In this document: piece after piece, positions 1 through 9,709 of the stretch
Position numbering within the stretch: position 1 is the first letter of the stretch
How the letters are laid out: each line of letters starts with the position of its first letter
Notes under the pieces: generated by a model
Database searches by the model: none
What the model was told of the DNA's origin: nothing
The model's input: the letters and a program-made list of their open reading frames with translations, nothing else
Program-made: the position numbers and the translations under genes
Source of the DNA: an uncultured Bacteroidales bacterium
GTDB taxonomy: Bacteria > Bacteroidota > Bacteroidia > Bacteroidales > ML635J-15
Direction: 5' to 3'
Length of the DNA: 33,942 bases
Assembly: GCA_905233405.1 (NCBI GenBank)
Contig: CAJOEG010000017.1
Span: 1 to 33,942, forward strand

Positions 1-3000
1 CGTATTATTGGCGAGTAAAGGCAACCAACAGCAATGACAGTGACACATCAAGCTATTCCGAAGTTAGGAATTTTACAACCTGCTCTGCACCAATTTTGAG
101 TTCTCCAAATAATGATATGGTTTATACCTCAATAGTAAGGCCTACAGTTTCATGGAATACAATCACAGGCGTTGGAAGTTTTATACTTGAGTGGGATACA
201 GTATCGTCATTTTCATCGCCGAAGTTCAGTTCATTTACAACATCTTCTACATCTGTCAATATTAATGCATTGCTATACGGCACAAAGTATTATTGGCGAG
301 TAAAGGCAACCAACAGCAACGACAGCGACACTTCCAGCTATTCCGAAGTAAGGAACTTTACAACTTGCTCGGCTCCAATTTTGAGTTCACCAAGTAATGG
401 TATGATTTATACGACTATGGTCAGGCCTTCTGTTTCATGGAATTCAATCACTGGCGCTGGTAGTTATATCCTTGAATGGGATACGGTGTCTTCGTTTTCA
501 TCGCCGTTGTTCCGCACATATACAACATCATCGACATCTATATATATTAATGGATTGCTATACAGCACAAAGTATTATTGGCGCGTTAAGGCAACCAATA
601 CAAACGACAGCGACACATCAAGATATTCTGAGGTGTGGAATTTCACAACAGCAGGAAATGTTACTTTAATTTCTCCAACCAACAATCCAAGTACGACAGG
701 CAGGTTTTATTCACGGCAGTATTTAAAATGGAATACATTACCAGGCTCTTCGGAATACCTAATCCAGCTTGATACAACTTCCGATTTCAGTTCAAGTGTA
801 TTGCGCAATATAAGTGTATCAACATCAAGTACAAATACAGATTCATACTATGAAAAGTGTGTGTACGATTTATATTATGGAACAATGTACTATTGGAGAG
901 TTTGTGCTATAAGTTCTGTTGATACAACCGACTGGTCTGAGACTTGGCAGTTCCATACTATGGACGATGTAGTGCTGACTTTCCCAAGTGATACTAGTGT
1001 AAATGGTACTTATTTTACTCGGCAAGAATTTAAATGGCAGAATTCCCTTGGTTCATCCTTGTACATCTTACAACTCGATACTACACCAAGTTTCAGTTCG
1101 GGACTGCTGCAGACCTATACCGCGACAAACACTAATTCAAACACCGATACATACATATACAAATATATCTCCGATATGCGTTATGGTACAATGTATTATT
1201 GGCGTGTATGTTCGGCAAATGCTGTTGATACATCGGGCTGGTCTGCTACATGGCGATTCCATACTACCGATTGGGTTGCGCTATATTATTTACCGAACGA
1301 CACAAGTTCTACTGTTGGCTATTATACTCGCCAAGAACTGGAATGGAAGAATTCAAAAGGTTCTAATGCATATATTCTTCAGCTAGATACAGTTCCGAGT
1401 TTTGATTCAGGATTGTTGCAGAGCATAGATGTTTCATCATCAACCACCAACACCGATACATACATATACAAGTATGTTTCCGATATGCGTTATGGTACAA
1501 TGTACTATTGGCGAGTTTGTGCTATAAACAATGCTGACACATCGGGCTGGTCTGCAACTTGGCAATTCCATACTGTCGACTGGGTTGTATTGGATTCTCC
1601 ATCAAATAATAGTACAGGTTTGGCAGTATCTTCGCGTACATTGTATTGGAATAACTCCAGAGGCTCTTCATCGTACATAGTTCAGGTTGATACAACAAAC
1701 AGCTTTAATTCGGAACTATTGCGTAATATAAGTGTTTCGTCGACGACGACAAGTACAGAGACGTACAAGAGTACAAGCATAACGAATATGCTCTATGGAA
1801 CAACTTATTATTGGCGAGTTTGTGCTGTAAATGCTGCTGATACATCTGGTTGGTCGAATGTATGGCGTTTCACTACTGTCTACCAGCTTACTACTGCGCC
1901 TACGCTTGTAAGTCCCGCAAACGGCAGCAACGAAATACAGCCATCAGGTGTGGATTTGGTATGGAATCCGTTGGACAATGTTACCGGCTACCGCTATCAG
2001 GTGTCGACCGACAACACTTTTACTACAATATACCGCAGTGGAGCCACCGCCAACACAACGGCAACTTGCTATCTAAATTATGGCACAACTTACTATTGGC
2101 GTGTTCAAGGCTACAATGCAAGCGGAAATTCGGTTTGGTCTCAGGTGTGGAGTTTCGAGACACAAACTTGCGAACTTACTGGCGAAACAACTGTTGAGGC
2201 TTGCGCTTCGTACCTATGGCGCGGTATAACCTACACAGAATCGGGAGACTACAACTTTACCAAGCATCTGTCGAACGGTTGCGATAGCTTACTTACCTTG
2301 CATTTGACAATCAACCAGTCTTCGGAGCGTGAATTTTCGCACACCGCCTGTGGCAGTTACATCTGGAACGGCGTGACCTACGACGAAAGTGGCGACTATG
2401 TACAGAATATTGCTGCATCAAATGGTTGTGACAGCATTGTTACATTGCATCTTACAATAAACCAGCCCGTGGCTGAGCTTGTCGAAGCCGAGGCTTGCAA
2501 TTCATACGAATGGAATGGTACTGCCTATACCGAGAGTGGCAATTATACGCGTACTTTCACCGCAGCAAATGGTTGTGATTCGGTTGTTACCTTGCAGCTG
2601 ACAATAAATGAATCGCCGCGTCGCGAGTTTAGTGCAGTTTCGTGCGGCAGTTATGTATGGAACAATCATACATACAATGAATCAGGAAATTATGTACAGA
2701 CAATTTCTTCCGACAACGGTTGCGACAGCATAGTTACATTGCATCTTACAATAAATCATCCGTTGACACATCATGTCGAAGCCACGGCTTGCGAATCCTA
2801 CGAGTGGAACGGTGAAACATATACGGCAAGTGGCAATTATCAGCAGACTTTCACCGCTGCCAATGGTTGCGATTCTGTTATTACACTGCATTTGACAATA
2901 AATCATTTGACCATAGCAGAAATCACAGTTTCAGCTTGTGAATCCTACGAGTGGAATGGTGAAACTTATACCGAAAGCGGTGATTACGAACGGACTTACA

Positions 3001-3638
3001 CATTGGCTAGTGGTTGCGATTCTGTTGTGACCTTGCATTTGACAATAAATCAGCCTGTTGCTGAGCTTGTCGAAGCCGAGGCATGCAATTTCTATGTATG
3101 GAACGGTTCAACATATACCGAAACTGGTACCTATACAGGATCATTCTCTGCTGCCAATGGTTGCGACAGCGTTGTTACCTTGCACCTTACTATTAATGAA
3201 TCGGTAACATACGAGTTCGACACCTCTGCAAATGAATCCTTCGTATGGAATGGCGAAACATTTACCGAAACAGGCGACTACACGCAGGCATTTACTGCTG
3301 CAAATGGTTGTGATTCAATTGTCACCTTGCATTTGAATGTCATTACAGGAATTTCGGAAGCAGAAATACAGATAAACATTTTCCCGAACCCAGCAAACGA
3401 CATCCTAAATATCACATCATCAGAGCAAATTTCTGAAATTGAGATCGTAAATGCTTTGGGTCAGATTGTAAAGCACGTGGAAGTGAATGCCGACAATGTG
3501 GTTTGCGATATTGAAGATTTGACGAGCGGGGTGTATGTTGTGAGAATCCATAGCCGCTCCCTGCAGCGCACTGAGCCTGTCGAAGCGAGCCTGTCGAAGG
3601 GCACGGCTATCACACAACAGAAATTTGTAAAGGAATAA
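1..3638 (+). CDS. Giant modular secreted protein, 5'-truncated at the window edge: Fn3-like YYWRV modules, eight Cys-containing ~49-aa repeats, C-terminal T9SS (Por) sorting domain
   Basis: The reading frame is open from base 3 (YYWRVKATNSND...), so the TTG at 96 is not the true start. At least 8 modules end in YYWRV(K/C)A...W(S)..W.F(T/H)T. Eight repeats have the form (A/S)C.SY.WNG.TY.ESG.Y...F.AANGCDS.VTLHLTIN. The C-terminus is FPNPANDILNI...GVYVVRIH...QKFVKE, typical of Por_Secre_tail domains. Confidence 0.85.
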   Translation, partial: YYWRVKATNSNDSDTSSYSEVRNFTTCSAPILSSPNNDMVYTSIVRPTVSWNTITGVGSFILEWDTVSSFSSPKFSSFTTSSTSVNINALLYGTKYYWRVKATNSNDSDTSSYSEVRNFTTCSAPILSSPSNGMIYTTMVRPSVSWNSITGAGSYILEWDTVSSFSSPLFRTYTTSSTSIYINGLLYSTKYYWRVKATNTNDSDTSRYSEVWNFTTAGNVTLISPTNNPSTTGRFYSRQYLKWNTLPGSSEYLIQLDTTSDFSSSVLRNISVSTSSTNTDSYYEKCVYDLYYGTMYYWRVCAISSVDTTDWSETWQFHTMDDVVLTFPSDTSVNGTYFTRQEFKWQNSLGSSLYILQLDTTPSFSSGLLQTYTATNTNSNTDTYIYKYISDMRYGTMYYWRVCSANAVDTSGWSATWRFHTTDWVALYYLPNDTSSTVGYYTRQELEWKNSKGSNAYILQLDTVPSFDSGLLQSIDVSSSTTNTDTYIYKYVSDMRYGTMYYWRVCAINNADTSGWSATWQFHTVDWVVLDSPSNNSTGLAVSSRTLYWNNSRGSSSYIVQVDTTNSFNSELLRNISVSSTTTSTETYKSTSITNMLYGTTYYWRVCAVNAADTSGWSNVWRFTTVYQLTTAPTLVSPANGSNEIQPSGVDLVWNPLDNVTGYRYQVSTDNTFTTIYRSGATANTTATCYLNYGTTYYWRVQGYNASGNSVWSQVWSFETQTCELTGETTVEACASYLWRGITYTESGDYNFTKHLSNGCDSLLTLHLTINQSSEREFSHTACGSYIWNGVTYDESGDYVQNIAASNGCDSIVTLHLTINQPVAELVEAEACNSYEWNGTAYTESGNYTRTFTAANGCDSVVTLQLTINESPRREFSAVSCGSYVWNNHTYNESGNYVQTISSDNGCDSIVTLHLTINHPLTHHVEATACESYEWNGETYTASGNYQQTFTAANGCDSVITLHLTINHLTIAEITVSACESYEWNGETYTESGDYERTYTLASGCDSVVTLHLTINQPVAELVEAEACNFYVWNGSTYTETGTYTGSFSAANGCDSVVTLHLTINESVTYEFDTSANESFVWNGETFTETGDYTQAFTAANGCDSIVTLHLNVITGISEAEIQINIFPNPANDILNITSSEQISEIEIVNALGQIVKHVEVNADNVVCDIEDLTSGVYVVRIHSRSLQRTEPVEASLSKGTAITQQKFVKE
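2..660 (+). repeat. 285-bp (95-aa) intragenic tandem repeat, 2.3 copies visible
   Basis: GTATTATTGGCG(A/C)GT(A/T)AAGGCAACC recurs at 2, 287 and 572, an exact 285-bp period, with high nucleotide identity between copies. Confidence 0.9.
2166..3340 (+). repeat. Eight ~147-bp (49-aa) intragenic tandem repeats encoding the Cys-containing module
   Basis: The ...NGCDS(V/I)VTLHLTIN... unit recurs 8 times. The linker INQPVAELVEAEACN occurs twice, at about nt 2461 and 3050. Confidence 0.85.
3550..3610 (+). repeat. GC-rich REP/MITE-like short element inserted in frame inside the T9SS sorting domain
   Basis: A 7-bp inverted repeat, ATAGCCG (3550-3556) and CGGCTAT (3604-3610), flanks a tandem GAGCCTGTCGAAG (3573-3585 and 3587-3599). 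The segment is visibly GC-rich against its surroundings. It encodes SRSLQRTEPVEASLSKGTA, and the opposite strand reads ALRQARFDRLSALQ. Confidence 0.55.
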
Positions 3639-3886
3639 AATAGTGTTTTTGGAACTAGATATTTGCTACAGTATCACATTCTATTTCTTTCTCTGTTTTC
3701 TTCTCATTATTGTATCGCAACTATTTTATGCTCAAAAAATTAACCGATTATGAACAATTTGCTTGCTTGCAAGGCTGGATTAAATTTGCTTTAATCACTG
3801 CTAAATGTTTTAAAACATTGATGCATAGTGGATTATGTGCAAAAAATTATTTTCCGCTTACCGCTGTGTATCTGAAAAAAAAGTGA

Positions 3887-3894
3887 TAATTTTG
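3887..3894 (+). promoter_or_regulatory. Bacteroidota -7 promoter box (TAATTTTG) upstream of thrS
   Basis: Matches TAnnTTTG, 29 nt before the thrS ATG. No clean -33 TTTG was seen. Confidence 0.3.
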
Positions 3895-3923
3895 CGCGAA
3901 ATTTTTGACTATAAAAGAATAAG

Positions 3924-5861
3924 ATGATAAAAATTACTTTACCCGACGGTTCGGTTAAGGAATACCAGCAAGGTGTTACTGGTATGGAAATAGCTGAAAG
4001 CATCAGTCCGAGGCTTGCCAAGGAAGTGCTTTCTATCAGTGTAAATGGTAAGGTTCAGGATTTGACCATGCCAATAACGGAAGATGCTTCCATAAAGTTG
4101 CACAAGTTCGAGGACGAGGAAGGCAAGCACGCTTTCTGGCACACCTCTTCACATATCATGGCCGAGGCCATTCAGAAGTTGTTCCCTGGAACAAAGTTCG
4201 GTATCGGTCCTGCAGTAGAAAACGGTTTCTACTATGACATCGAACTTCCCGACGGAAAAATCCTTTCGGAGAACGATTTCGCAGCAATCAACAATAAGAT
4301 GATGGAAATCTGCCGTGCCGACTCAAAGCTCGTAAGAAAGGACATCTCGAAGGCCGATGCTCTCAAGTTGTTCGAGGAACGCGGTGATGAATACAAGGTT
4401 GAACTCATCTCCGAACTCGAGGACGGCAAGATTACCCTTTACAACCAGGGCGAATTCACCGACCTCTGCAAGGGACCGCATATCCCATCTACAGGCTATG
4501 TAAAGGCTATCCAGGTATTGAGCTTGGCAGGTGCTTACTGGCGTGGCGACGAAACCCGCAAGCAGCTTACCCGTGTTTACGGAATCAGCTTCCCGAAGCA
4601 GAAGATGTTGGAAGAATACATCACTATGCTCGAAGAAGCCAAGAAGCGCGACCACCGCAAAATTGGTAAGGAACTCGAACTTTTCATGTTCTCCGATATG
4701 GTTGGCAAGGGCTTGCCTATCTGGTTGCCAAACGGTACCGCATTGCGTCTGCGTCTCGAAGATTTCTTGAAGAAAATCCAGAAGCGCTACGGATACCAGC
4801 AGGTTATGACTCCGCACATTGGTAACAAGGCATTGTATGTTACTTCGGGTCACTGGGATCACTACGGCAAGGACTCGTTCCAGCCGATTACCACTCCCGA
4901 AGAAGGCGAAATGTACTTGCTCAAGCCGATGAACTGCCCTCATCACTGTATGATTTTCAAGAACAGCCCACGCAGCTACAAGGATTTGCCTCTGCGTATA
5001 GCTGAATTCGGTACAGTTTACCGCTACGAGCAGTCGGGCGAATTGCACGGACTTACCCGCGTTCGTTCGTTCACTCAGGACGATGCACATATCTTCTGCC
5101 GTCAGGACCAGGTTAAGCAGGAGTTCATCCGCGTTATGGAAATCATCGAAATCATCTTCAAGGCTCTCGATTTCCAGAACTTCGAAGCACAGATTTCGCT
5201 CCGCGACCCCAACAACACCACCAAGTATGTTGGTTCCGACGAGGTTTGGGCAATGGCAGAACAGGCAATCATCGACGCTTGCAAGGAAAAGAATCTTCCA
5301 GCACGCGTAGAATATGGTGAGGCAGCTTTCTACGGTCCTAAGTTGGACTTCATGGTAAAGGACGCTATCGGTCGTCGTTGGCAGCTTGGTACAATCCAGG
5401 TTGACTACAACTTGCCTGAGCGCTTCGAACTCGAATATGTTGGCGAAGACAACAAGAAGCACCGTCCGGTAATGATTCACCGCGCACCGTTCGGCTCAAT
5501 GGAACGCTTCGTGGCAGTGCTTATCGAGCACACCGCAGGCAAGTTCCCGATTTGGCTTGCTCCAAACCAGTTTGTAGTATTGCCAATCAGCGAAAAGTTC
5601 AACGACTATGCCCACGAAGTAGTGAACAAGCTTAAGGACTTGAATGTAAACGGTATCATCGACGAGAGAAACGAAAAGATTGGCCGTAAGATTCGCGACA
5701 ACGAATTGAAGAGAATACCTTACTTGCTGATTGTAGGCGAGAAGGAACAGGAAAACGGACAGCTTTCGGTTCGCAAGCAGGGCGCAGGCGATATGGGCGC
5801 AATGACTGTCGAAGATTTCGCAAAGATTGTAAACGATGAAGTTAAGAAGTATATTGACTAA
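3924..5861 (+). CDS. thrS: Threonine--tRNA ligase
   Basis: 645-aa ORF with a TGS-type N-terminus ([10 protein letters not shown]), HTSSH editing-domain motif, class II core motifs ([27 protein letters not shown]) and a C-terminal anticodon-binding domain. The thrS-infC-rpmI-rplT gene order is conserved. Confidence 0.97.
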   Translation: MIKITLPDGSVKEYQQGVTGMEIAESISPRLAKEVLSISVNGKVQDLTMPITEDASIKLHKFEDEEGKHAFWHTSSHIMAEAIQKLFPGTKFGIGPAVENGFYYDIELPDGKILSENDFAAINNKMMEICRADSKLVRKDISKADALKLFEERGDEYKVELISELEDGKITLYNQGEFTDLCKGPHIPSTGYVKAIQVLSLAGAYWRGDETRKQLTRVYGISFPKQKMLEEYITMLEEAKKRDHRKIGKELELFMFSDMVGKGLPIWLPNGTALRLRLEDFLKKIQKRYGYQQVMTPHIGNKALYVTSGHWDHYGKDSFQPITTPEEGEMYLLKPMNCPHHCMIFKNSPRSYKDLPLRIAEFGTVYRYEQSGELHGLTRVRSFTQDDAHIFCRQDQVKQEFIRVMEIIEIIFKALDFQNFEAQISLRDPNNTTKYVGSDEVWAMAEQAIIDACKEKNLPARVEYGEAAFYGPKLDFMVKDAIGRRWQLGTIQVDYNLPERFELEYVGEDNKKHRPVMIHRAPFGSMERFVAVLIEHTAGKFPIWLAPNQFVVLPISEKFNDYAHEVVNKLKDLNVNGIIDERNEKIGRKIRDNELKRIPYLLIVGEKEQENGQLSVRKQGAGDMGAMTVEDFAKIVNDEVKKYID

Positions 5862-5894
5862 TAAAAGGAGGTAAAAGTTTTTTATAAAATTTAT

Positions 5895-6428
5895 ATGGCA
5901 AAAGAAAATCAGCAAAACGAACACAGAATTAATCGCGCAATTCGCGCACCATTTGTACGTGTAACAGGCGATAATGTTGATAAACCTGGAGTTTACAGCA
6001 TTAGGGAAGCTTTGGACATTGCGGAACAACTCGAGATGGACTTGGTAGAAATAGTTCCGACCGCCGATCCGCCCGTATGCAAGGTTATCGACTACCAGAA
6101 ATTCCTTTATCAGCAGAAGCGCAAGCAGAAGGAGTTGCAGAGCAAGACTCATACGATGACAATCAAGGAGTTGCGCTTTGGCCCTCAGACAGATGACCAC
6201 GACTACAACTTCAAGCTGAACCATGCCAAGAGATTCCTCGACGAAGGCAACAAGGTAAAGGCATACGTATTTTTCAAGGGACGTTCGATTGTGTATAAGG
6301 AGCAGGGCGAAATATTGCTTCTGAAGCTTGCAAACGACCTCGAGGAGTACGGCAAGATCGACCAGATGCCTAAGCTCGAAGGAAAGAAAATGCAAATTGT
6401 GATATCACCTAAACCTAAAAAGAAATAA
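5895..6428 (+). CDS. infC: Translation initiation factor IF-3
   Basis: 177 aa with [12 protein letters not shown]...[23 protein letters not shown] and [17 protein letters not shown] motifs. Sits between thrS and rpmI. Confidence 0.95.
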   Translation: MAKENQQNEHRINRAIRAPFVRVTGDNVDKPGVYSIREALDIAEQLEMDLVEIVPTADPPVCKVIDYQKFLYQQKRKQKELQSKTHTMTIKELRFGPQTDDHDYNFKLNHAKRFLDEGNKVKAYVFFKGRSIVYKEQGEILLLKLANDLEEYGKIDQMPKLEGKKMQIVISPKPKKK

Positions 6429-6449
6429 TAACTTTAAAAATTTAGAACA

Positions 6450-6647
6450 ATGCCAAAAATGAAGACTAATTCCGGAGCTAAGAAGAGATTTTTCTTGACC
6501 GGAACCGGTAAGATCAAAAGAAGACACGCTTTCAAGAGTCATATCTTGACAAAGAAGGCTACTAAGCGCAAAAGAGAACTTGCTCACTACACAACAGTAG
6601 CAGAAAACAAGGAAAAGTCTGTAAAGTTGTTGCTTGGAATGAAATAG
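6450..6647 (+). CDS. rpmI: 50S ribosomal protein L35
   Basis: 65 aa, basic, N-terminus [14 protein letters not shown]. Position in operon fits. Confidence 0.95.
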   Translation: MPKMKTNSGAKKRFFLTGTGKIKRRHAFKSHILTKKATKRKRELAHYTTVAENKEKSVKLLLGMK

Positions 6648-6745
6648 TTTTCCGCGCAGTTAGAATGATTAATTAAATTATGAACCAGAACGTTTAGCCT
6701 CAAGTTCCGATCAAAAGGACGCTAACGCTCGCAAATTTTAAGATT

Positions 6746-7090
6746 ATGCCAAGAAGTGTAAATGTAGTTGCCGCTAGAAACAGGAGAAGAAAAGTTCTTT
6801 CTCAGACTAGAGGTTATTTTGGAGCAAGAAGTAAGGTTTGGACCGTAGCAAAGAACGCATACGAAAAAGGTCTTGCTTATGCATACAGAGACAGAAAAAA
6901 CAAGAAGAGAGAATTCCGCGCATTGTGGATTCAGAGAATTAATGCTGGTGCTCGTCTAAATGGTTTGAGTTATTCTCAATTGATGGGTAAGCTTCATGCA
7001 GCAAATGTTGACATCAACCGTAAGGTTCTTGCCGACCTCGCTATGAACAACCCAGAAGCATTTGCAGCAATCTGCAACAAGGTAAAATAA
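6746..7090 (+). CDS. rplT: 50S ribosomal protein L20
   Basis: 114 aa with [18 protein letters not shown]...GYFGARS and [20 protein letters not shown]. Confidence 0.95.
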   Translation: MPRSVNVVAARNRRRKVLSQTRGYFGARSKVWTVAKNAYEKGLAYAYRDRKNKKREFRALWIQRINAGARLNGLSYSQLMGKLHAANVDINRKVLADLAMNNPEAFAAICNKVK

Positions 7091-7120
7091 TTGATATTTT
7101 TGGAATAGGTGATATAATTA

Positions 7121-7148
7121 AGGTCGTCAGTTCCTGACGACCTTTTTT
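7121..7148 (+). terminator. Rho-independent terminator after rplT
   Basis: Perfect 10-bp stem AGGTCGTCAG / CTGACGACCT with a TTC loop, followed by a T run. Confidence 0.8.
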
Positions 7149-7452
7149 ATTGTTATTCCAAAATATTCTATAAATTCGTGCAAAATACACTGTGTCAAAT
7201 TATTACATAGGCAATGAAATGTGTAGTCTTGTAATTAATAACCTCGGAGAGGTTTCATATATATAGAGAGAAAAATGACCATTTTTAGTAGCGAACTACA
7301 AAAATGCGCCAACGACAGGTTCCCCAAGCATACAATGTTCCATAAGCTGAATGCATTATAAAACAAATGCAAGACTTTTGTAATGTTGAAGCGATAAACA
7401 TCTACAAAGTAAAAAATTATGACAACGCACAATTTAGCGGTCATCAATAAAA

Positions 7453-8520
7453 TCAATTCTCTATCGCTTTGTCAAATCCGACAACAGGAACCTCTCTTTC
7501 TTCGTATTCAAACAAAACTTTGGCAGGAATTTCGATTTTGCCGTGGTTTGGTCCACGAGAAATAAGCACGGCACCTTCTTTTTCGTAATCGTATGTGTAT
7601 AGATTGCCATTGTTGTCGCCAAATGTGTCAGGATCGCGGTAGTAAGTGCCTGAAAAACTTTTTTCTGAACTGGAGTTTGATTCTGTCACATACAAACAAC
7701 GTCCATACATCTCGATACTGATTTTGTAATCATCACCGTCAAACGAAATTGTCTTATTATTTATCGGCAACCATTTGTATAAACGGCTTTCGGCTTTTAT
7801 CACATCATCCAAATAAAATTTAACTTCAAACCACGCATTTCCCTTGCCGTCTGTAATAACATTTGCAGAATAATAGCCTTCTTCACCATATTCCTGACGG
7901 ATATATGTTCCTGAAACTTTAGTCATAGGAACGTTCGATGACAGCCTCTCAAAAGGTAGCCATGTGTCATTTTGCGGAGCGACGAACTTTTTGGAATTGT
8001 TGTCGAAGTTGTTTTTGAACCATTTCCATGTAACTTCCTTGCCGTCGTACTCACATTCGTGGTCAACATTGTCGGTTTCAAGATTGTACATCTGCACATC
8101 CGATGCAAAATGAGTTATCGAGCTATTCTCAATGACAGAATACGATGCAAAGAAAGCCCCTGTTCCAGCAGGTCCCGATGCGCATACCACATTCCCATTC
8201 ACCGAAACGAACGATTTCGACCAAGTTGTTGCAATGATTTCTAGCGAATCGCCTCCACGACAGAAAAAAGCACCGTTTTCGGCAACTATTTCTTTCAGCC
8301 ACAGCTCATTAATGCCATCACCGTCAAAATCGACAAGTCCATACTGATATATAGGACCATCACCTTCATTAATTTCATATACAGGGCATTCGTCGCTGAA
8401 CATCTGCATAATTTCGTCGGCATGCTGCGAATAGAAAATTTCGTCGGCGTTAAGGTTTACCTGTGCGTTTAGCACAACAGAAAAAGTAACAGAGATTACT
8501 ATAAAAAGTATTTTATTCAT
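7453..8520 (-). CDS. Hypothetical secreted protein (355 aa), last gene of the radical-SAM cluster
   Basis: Signal peptide MNKILFIVISVTFSVVLNAQ. Contains a DFDGDGINELW Ca-binding/FG-GAP-like motif. Starts 3 nt after the stop of the upstream gene. Confidence 0.75.
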   Translation of the reverse strand: MNKILFIVISVTFSVVLNAQVNLNADEIFYSQHADEIMQMFSDECPVYEINEGDGPIYQYGLVDFDGDGINELWLKEIVAENGAFFCRGGDSLEIIATTWSKSFVSVNGNVVCASGPAGTGAFFASYSVIENSSITHFASDVQMYNLETDNVDHECEYDGKEVTWKWFKNNFDNNSKKFVAPQNDTWLPFERLSSNVPMTKVSGTYIRQEYGEEGYYSANVITDGKGNAWFEVKFYLDDVIKAESRLYKWLPINNKTISFDGDDYKISIEMYGRCLYVTESNSSSEKSFSGTYYRDPDTFGDNNGNLYTYDYEKEGAVLISRGPNHGKIEIPAKVLFEYEEREVPVVGFDKAIEN

Positions 8521-8523
8521 AAT

Positions 8524-9018
8524 CTATTCTTCTTTAGAGCCTTCTTTTTGCGGTTTGCACAAATCGATTATAATCTTGTTTATCTCGTATGTAGGGTCGT
8601 AATCGGGTCCGGCCATATATCCGCTAGACCAGAAAAAGTTTTTCCCAAATTTTACATCCAACGACCAGCTGTCACCATCGAAAACGTCGGGGTTGGAGTA
8701 GGAATGTTCCCAATCCTGAACATTGGCCTTGGCAAGCATATCACCAATCTCTTCCAATTTTTCACGAGGCACATTGCTGACCGAATCAACCTTGCACTCC
8801 TCGTTAGGTAACAGAAAATTGCAATCGCGCACTATAGCAGACACGACGCTATCTTTGCACATTATTTCAAATTCCTTTGACATGCCGGAATATCCATTAT
8901 GTACTTTATAATGATAGTAAACAAGATCGCTACCTTTCAATTTGTATCTATCACTGTTAAAACAACAGCAGCAACAAAATATCAGTGCTGTTAAACTGAT
9001 AAAAATATTTCTTATCAT
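8524..9018 (-). CDS. Hypothetical exported protein or lipoprotein (164 aa) with a penta-cysteine run at the signal-peptide end
   Basis: N-terminus MIRNIFISLTALIFCCCCCFNSD. ATG start. No family recognised. Confidence 0.7.
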   Translation of the reverse strand: MIRNIFISLTALIFCCCCCFNSDRYKLKGSDLVYYHYKVHNGYSGMSKEFEIMCKDSVVSAIVRDCNFLLPNEECKVDSVSNVPREKLEEIGDMLAKANVQDWEHSYSNPDVFDGDSWSLDVKFGKNFFWSSGYMAGPDYDPTYEINKIIIDLCKPQKEGSKEE

Positions 9019-9094
9019 AAGAATGAAGTTTAAATTAATCGCAAATGTAAAGAAAATCGACGAATACCCAAAATCATAACTTTATTCCTCGTTT

Positions 9095-9706
9095 TTACCT
9101 TACTACATACTCAAACCTGTCGATTTGTGTAACGCCCATTTGCTGCAGCAGCCTAACGGAGCGGTCGCAGTCGTCGGTGGCATTGAAACCAGGGATTAGC
9201 GGTACGCGAACCATGATGCGTTCCGGACCTTTGGCAGAAATGAGCCAACGGAGATTTTGAAGGCTCTGCCGGTTGCTGCGTGTTGTGTATGCCTTGTAGA
9301 TGGACGGATTGGTATCCTTTATGTCGACAATAAAGTAGTCAATGATTTCGGAAGCCGCTTCGACCGCCGAACGCGGCACGGCAAGCGAAGTTTCGGCTGT
9401 AATTTTCCAGGCATCACCACAAAGTTTGCGAAATTCACGGATAAAATCAGTCCTAAGCAATGGTTCACCGCCGCCAAAGCAGATACCTCCACCAGTGTAA
9501 AGGAAATAAATGTTGTCGATGCGTACGTGGTCGAAAAGTGTCTGGGGTGTATAATGCGGAAGATTGTCCGTCTTCCCGAAACAGGATGGATTCAGGCAGT
9601 AACGGCAATGTAGCGGACATCCATGAAATGCCGCCAAAGTTGTAACTCCAGCACCGTCTATATTAATGCGATGCCTCGAAACTCCGATGAATGGCACTGC
9701 TTCCAA
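9095..9706 (-). CDS. Short radical SAM enzyme, glycyl-radical-activase-like (PflA/NrdG-type fold)
   Basis: 203 aa with IDGAGVTTLAAFHGCPLHCRYCLNP (CxxxCxxC cluster motif) and GGGEPLL (SAM-binding motif). There is no in-frame ATG, so the start is TTG at 9706 (or GTG at 9697), 3 nt after the TAG of the upstream small ORF. Confidence 0.85.
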   Translation of the reverse strand: MEAVPFIGVSRHRINIDGAGVTTLAAFHGCPLHCRYCLNPSCFGKTDNLPHYTPQTLFDHVRIDNIYFLYTGGGICFGGGEPLLRTDFIREFRKLCGDAWKITAETSLAVPRSAVEAASEIIDYFIVDIKDTNPSIYKAYTTRSNRQSLQNLRWLISAKGPERIMVRVPLIPGFNATDDCDRSVRLLQQMGVTQIDRFEYVVR

Positions 9707-9709
9707 AGA

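Noticed and set aside
1-3340. Repetitive DNA in the first gene as a mobile element or IS
   Set aside because: All repeats are in frame, coding and tandem. There are no transposase genes, terminal inverted repeats or target duplications.
4323-5480. 385-aa ORF antisense to thrS. Similar long antisense ORFs lie at 5496..6395, 21600..22787, 27741..28451 and 31330..31974.
   Set aside because: Each lies fully inside a confidently identified gene on the other strand (thrS/infC, fumC, dnaA, the MORN protein). Their compositions are low-complexity or Leu/Val/Cys-rich with no recognisable motifs. These are classic shadow ORFs.
7235-7456. 73-aa hydrophobic ORF in the convergent gap after rplT
   Set aside because: It has only a TTG start overlapping the upstream stop, sits in an AT-rich region, and shows no motif. 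It might be a small membrane peptide, but nothing in the sequence supports it.
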